Positions 60,451-64,000 of a stretch of DNA of 64,000 nt are shown here, piece by piece; position 1 is the first letter of the stretch, and each line of letters begins with the position of its first letter. Position numbers and translations under genes: made by a program. The notes beneath the pieces were generated by a model. It worked only from the letters and a program-made list of their open reading frames with translations, made no database searches and was not told where the DNA came from. Source of the DNA: Amoebophrya sp. A120. Lineage: Eukaryota > Protista > Dinoflagellata. Where the stretch lies: positions 7,737,650-7,801,649 of the forward strand of contig CAJINV010000002.1 of NCBI GenBank assembly GCA_905178155.1. Reading direction: 5' to 3'.

Positions 60451-62925
60451 CTACCTTGTTTTGCTCCCTTTCCGCACCTCCTTTGACATCTCGCCGCCCT
60501 TGAAGGAGCTCGTCTGCTGACCATGGACTTGTTCGCTCGACGATTCATCTTTTTCAGATTCTGCCTCTTCCTCTTCACCCGCCTGATCCCCATAGTCCTC
60601 ATCGCCCAGAAATCTGCGGTCGACCGCACCCCAGACCTTCGGCAGTCTCCAGCAGAGCAGACAACGCAGCAGGAACGGCAAGAAGCAGCCCACGTAAATC
60701 GCCATGACGAAGAACTTCCGCTCCAGGAAAACGCCCTGCGAGTAGTTCCCGATGGCGTTTCCCAAGGACCACACGGTCAGCATGTCCGCCAGCGTCTTCC
60801 CGTATTTTTCCTTGCCCTCCTTGCTCGTGCAGTAGGTGCTGAAGTACACCGTGAACGTGTTGTTATAGGCGACGGTGCAGGCCCACGTGACGGCCAGCAG
60901 AACGGTAAAAACAACCATGGCGATAGAAGCGAAATTTGTATCGCCGCGCAAAAAGGATGACAAATCGACTGCAGACGTAGGGACAGCTGCCCCAAGCGCT
61001 ACCCCAGACGATGATGTTACGCTTGTTGCAGATGAGTCGTTGTCGTAGGTAAACAACACGTAGGCCGCAACCAGCAAGATTCCTAGCAAAAAGTTCGTGA
61101 CTGCCTGATAGAAAACGGCGTCGAGTAGTTTCTTCTCCACCGGAATCAGCTGCGGTCCTTGCCACAGTGGCCTACTGCCGTGTGTTGTTGAACCTGCCGC
61201 TGCATTCGAAAACTGGTTGAAGTAAATCAGGAAGAAATTGCTCGCGAACGGGCCCGCCATGCCGGCGAAGTTGATAAAAGTGCTGAGCTGCAGCCAGAGC
61301 TCCTTGGAAATGTGCTTGAAAAAGATAGGAAGCAGCACGGTTTGCGCCGGGTAGATGAAAAGGTTGGTCACCAGTGTGTTCACCATTAGCAGTGCGCGGG
61401 CACGCTCAAACACGGTCTCCGACTTCAGGATCGACGCGAAGGGCATCAGTTTTCGCGGGGAGACCACAAACGAGAGGAAAGAGCGAGGAAAGAACTTTCG
61501 AAAAAACCCGACTGGACGATGACGCCGACTTTTGCTCTCATCGCCACTTGTTTGGAGGTCGCCAGTAGCTGCAGAAGTGGATGATGCTTCGCTTTGGTCA
61601 CTGCTAGTGGGGGCTCCCCGTGATAGTACATCGTCCTCCTGCTGCTCCTCACTGGCTGACGGAGCATTGGACGAGGTCGGGTCCAAATTATCTCCGTGTC
61701 CGTTCTCATGATCGTCTCCCATTGTATTTTTGCCATGGGGTTTTCGTCTCCTCATGGTGGAAGATGCGGACGCTTGGGCTTGCGGGTCAGCCCTAGAGTT
61801 CGCACCTACTTCTACCTCATCGGTGATTTTCTCCCAAGTTGTCTCGTCCGTGTCCGTTGTTTCTTCTGGATGTCCAACGCCGTTGGGTGAATAGGATGAA
61901 GCAACCCCATTTTTCCTTTTCGCTAAACTAGTAGCCGATCCCCGTCCACGCGCTCGCACTTTGAACAAAACCACCAACTTGGCCAGAATTCCGACGAAAT
62001 GCACGAAGACGAAAACTAGGTAGATCGAGTCTGCGGTACTGTAGCTGCCGCTGTTCTCGTCGTGATTTTTGGTGCAGCTCGTCCGCTTCGAAGTTTGAAG
62101 ATCATGTTCTCCATCGGCCGCGGTTCTTGAAGATGATGTTGCTGTTTTTTCATCTGCTCTTGAAGATGAAATTGCCCCACTGTAGTAGTTCGTCGCGGTG
62201 AGAACGGGCAGCAAAAACGCCAGCAGCGTGCTGCTCAGAGAGCGGACGATTTTCTGGCTGGTTGCGTCCAGGGACTGCAAGAGAATTTGGTCTTTCTCCG
62301 CTTCCAGGGCAAAACTCGTCGCGGGAACCGCCGCCGTCAACAGCTGCCCGAGCGCGAGCCAGCTGGTAATTACTGCTTGCAACAGAAATGTGGCCGGGGG
62401 AAGGTTTTCCTGGAGAAATGTCGTCGCTCTTTCGATCGCAGCTGACGAGAAAAACGCGGAGAGCAGCGCGTTGAAATCATACTGCGTGGAAAAAATTCCG
62501 AAAAATTGACTGGGAGCAGTGTCGCGACCAAAAGAACGATATTCCGTCGCTTGCCCTGTTCCATTTCCAGCACTACTTCCGGCCGTAGCGGTGACAAACA
62601 AAGCGACGTTCAGCAACAGCAAACCCACGTCAAGGAGGATGAAGAAGACGAGTTGCAGCCCTTGGCAGTAGTCCACCACATTGCCTGCCACCTGCAGCAC
62701 CACAATGCGGCTCAAACTGTTTACGGTCTGGCTGTTCGCAAAAAGCTTGATTTTCTCCCCCTGCAGCAGAGAAAGCTGGCAAAATCGTGTGAGTAGCGAG
62801 CCACCCAAGCGAAAGGAAAACGCGCCCAGGGTGTAGAAGCCAAGCAGAGAATAGTTGGAGGTGCGGCCGCTCCTGGTGCCTGCAGCAGCCTCTTGTCCTG
62901 GCGGGGCCTGCACAAAGTTGTCCAT
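60451..62925 (-). CDS. MFS-like transporter
   Basis: Two bundles of hydrophobic helices around a long hydrophilic central loop. Motif-A-like VAGNVVDY after TM2. ATG at 62925. Confidence 0.7.
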   Translation of the reverse strand: MDNFVQAPPGQEAAAGTRSGRTSNYSLLGFYTLGAFSFRLGGSLLTRFCQLSLLQGEKIKLFANSQTVNSLSRIVVLQVAGNVVDYCQGLQLVFFILLDVGLLLLNVALFVTATAGSSAGNGTGQATEYRSFGRDTAPSQFFGIFSTQYDFNALLSAFFSSAAIERATTFLQENLPPATFLLQAVITSWLALGQLLTAAVPATSFALEAEKDQILLQSLDATSQKIVRSLSSTLLAFLLPVLTATNYYSGAISSSRADEKTATSSSRTAADGEHDLQTSKRTSCTKNHDENSGSYSTADSIYLVFVFVHFVGILAKLVVLFKVRARGRGSATSLAKRKNGVASSYSPNGVGHPEETTDTDETTWEKITDEVEVGANSRADPQAQASASSTMRRRKPHGKNTMGDDHENGHGDNLDPTSSNAPSASEEQQEDDVLSRGAPTSSDQSEASSTSAATGDLQTSGDESKSRRHRPVGFFRKFFPRSFLSFVVSPRKLMPFASILKSETVFERARALLMVNTLVTNLFIYPAQTVLLPIFFKHISKELWLQLSTFINFAGMAGPFASNFFLIYFNQFSNAAAGSTTHGSRPLWQGPQLIPVEKKLLDAVFYQAVTNFLLGILLVAAYVLFTYDNDSSATSVTSSSGVALGAAVPTSAVDLSSFLRGDTNFASIAMVVFTVLLAVTWACTVAYNNTFTVYFSTYCTSKEGKEKYGKTLADMLTVWSLGNAIGNYSQGVFLERKFFVMAIYVGCFLPFLLRCLLCWRLPKVWGAVDRRFLGDEDYGDQAGEEEEAESEKDESSSEQVHGQQTSSFKGGEMSKEVRKGSKTR

Positions 62926-64000
62926 GTTATCTTTTCTTCTCCATGACTTACTGATGCTCCTTCTACCCGAATAACCACGATTTCGTGGTGAGCCTAAGCG
63001 CAAGAACGCGACTTAACAAACTCTTCATCAAGTCACTTAATTTGAGATTGGAACGCCTGTCTACTTGTTTGACGAAGTATATTGATGATGTCCGCAACAC
63101 TACCTTCGTCTTCCTGAAAGACTTGCCATGGAAGTTCGAGTTCCATGTACTCATTCAACCCTGCATTTCATCATATTGTCAGGTGGATATGGATTACCGA
63201 CAAGGACAACACCATCGAGGTGGGACAAGAAGCGGGATCTCGTCTAGAAAAAAGATCTTTGTCTTTCGGCACTGCTTTTTCCGACAACTTGACCGACTGC
63301 AGTCCAGCTCTATTCGGAAAATAATGTGCGCTACGTTTCTCAGCTTCGATCATGATGGTAGATAGTGCTTGAGCTGGATGGTGCTTCATAGGCCTTGCAT
63401 GACACTATATTTGGTGTGTTTCTCGCTCCTTCTGATGCTTGAGGTTGACGAGCGGCCTGAACATGAACGTGAACCTGATCTTGTTCTTTATGAAAAACAA
63501 AAAGAAACACGATCGCAAAACAAAAAGAATGAACGGAAAGCCTTTGGCGAAGCATCGTTCAGGGGCGGGCCTGGTGGTCCCCTGTCTCGTACTCTTGCAA
63601 CAAACATGCAGCTGTGGTGTTGTTTGCGCTTCCGCAAAAAAAACGTTCCTACCTGAACGTACGAACGTCTGGAAGGGGAATTCACGTTGTTGGCCATCTG
63701 GCTTATTTGCAAACGCACGACTCTGCGGACACAGGGGTAAAAATGGGATTGGGAATAAAAGTACGATATACAACCGAGTAGCACTTTTCCTTTTCTAGTT
63801 AGATCACTACAGTACAAAAAAACAAGCTCAAACACGATGACATGCTATATACTAGGGTGGGATCGACGGTAAAGCCAGGAAATGGGATTTTTGCGTACGC
63901 GCTTCTCAAATAAGCTGAGCGGGAAAAGCCTCCCATGCAATACAACTTTTAGTTGGGCAATCCTAGAATGAAAAACATGAAAGTAAAAATACCTGCTGTA

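Overview
Eukaryotic, gene-dense DNA. All recognisable genes lie on the minus strand. Several introns are non-canonical and bounded by inverted plus short direct repeats, and a dinoflagellate spliced-leader core motif is present. Together these point to a syndinian dinoflagellate such as Amoebophrya (inference). Host genes: Rab23-like GTPase, Cys-rich/mucin surface protein, secreted protein, RING-type membrane protein, TFB5-like protein, ER glucosidase I (GH63) with an inserted hevein/CBM18 module, polytopic membrane protein, 2803-aa coiled-coil protein, a multi-exon protein, thiamine pyrophosphokinase, mannose-6-phosphate isomerase and an MFS-like transporter. The centrepiece is a complete, very young 15.5-kb Ty1/copia-order LTR retrotransposon at 28590-44058. 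It has 320-bp LTRs differing at 1 nt, a 4-bp TSD and an iMet-type PBS. Its unusual features are: the DinoSL 3' core TTTGGCTCAAG with a branch-point-like motif inside each LTR; a -1 frameshift signal (slippery heptamer plus H-type pseudoknot) between gag and pol; three extra ORFs; an integrase lacking HHCC but followed by a CW-like Cys cluster; an RT motif reading HVGD; and a phased TGCGACA array. All annotation was done by eye. No database searches were run.
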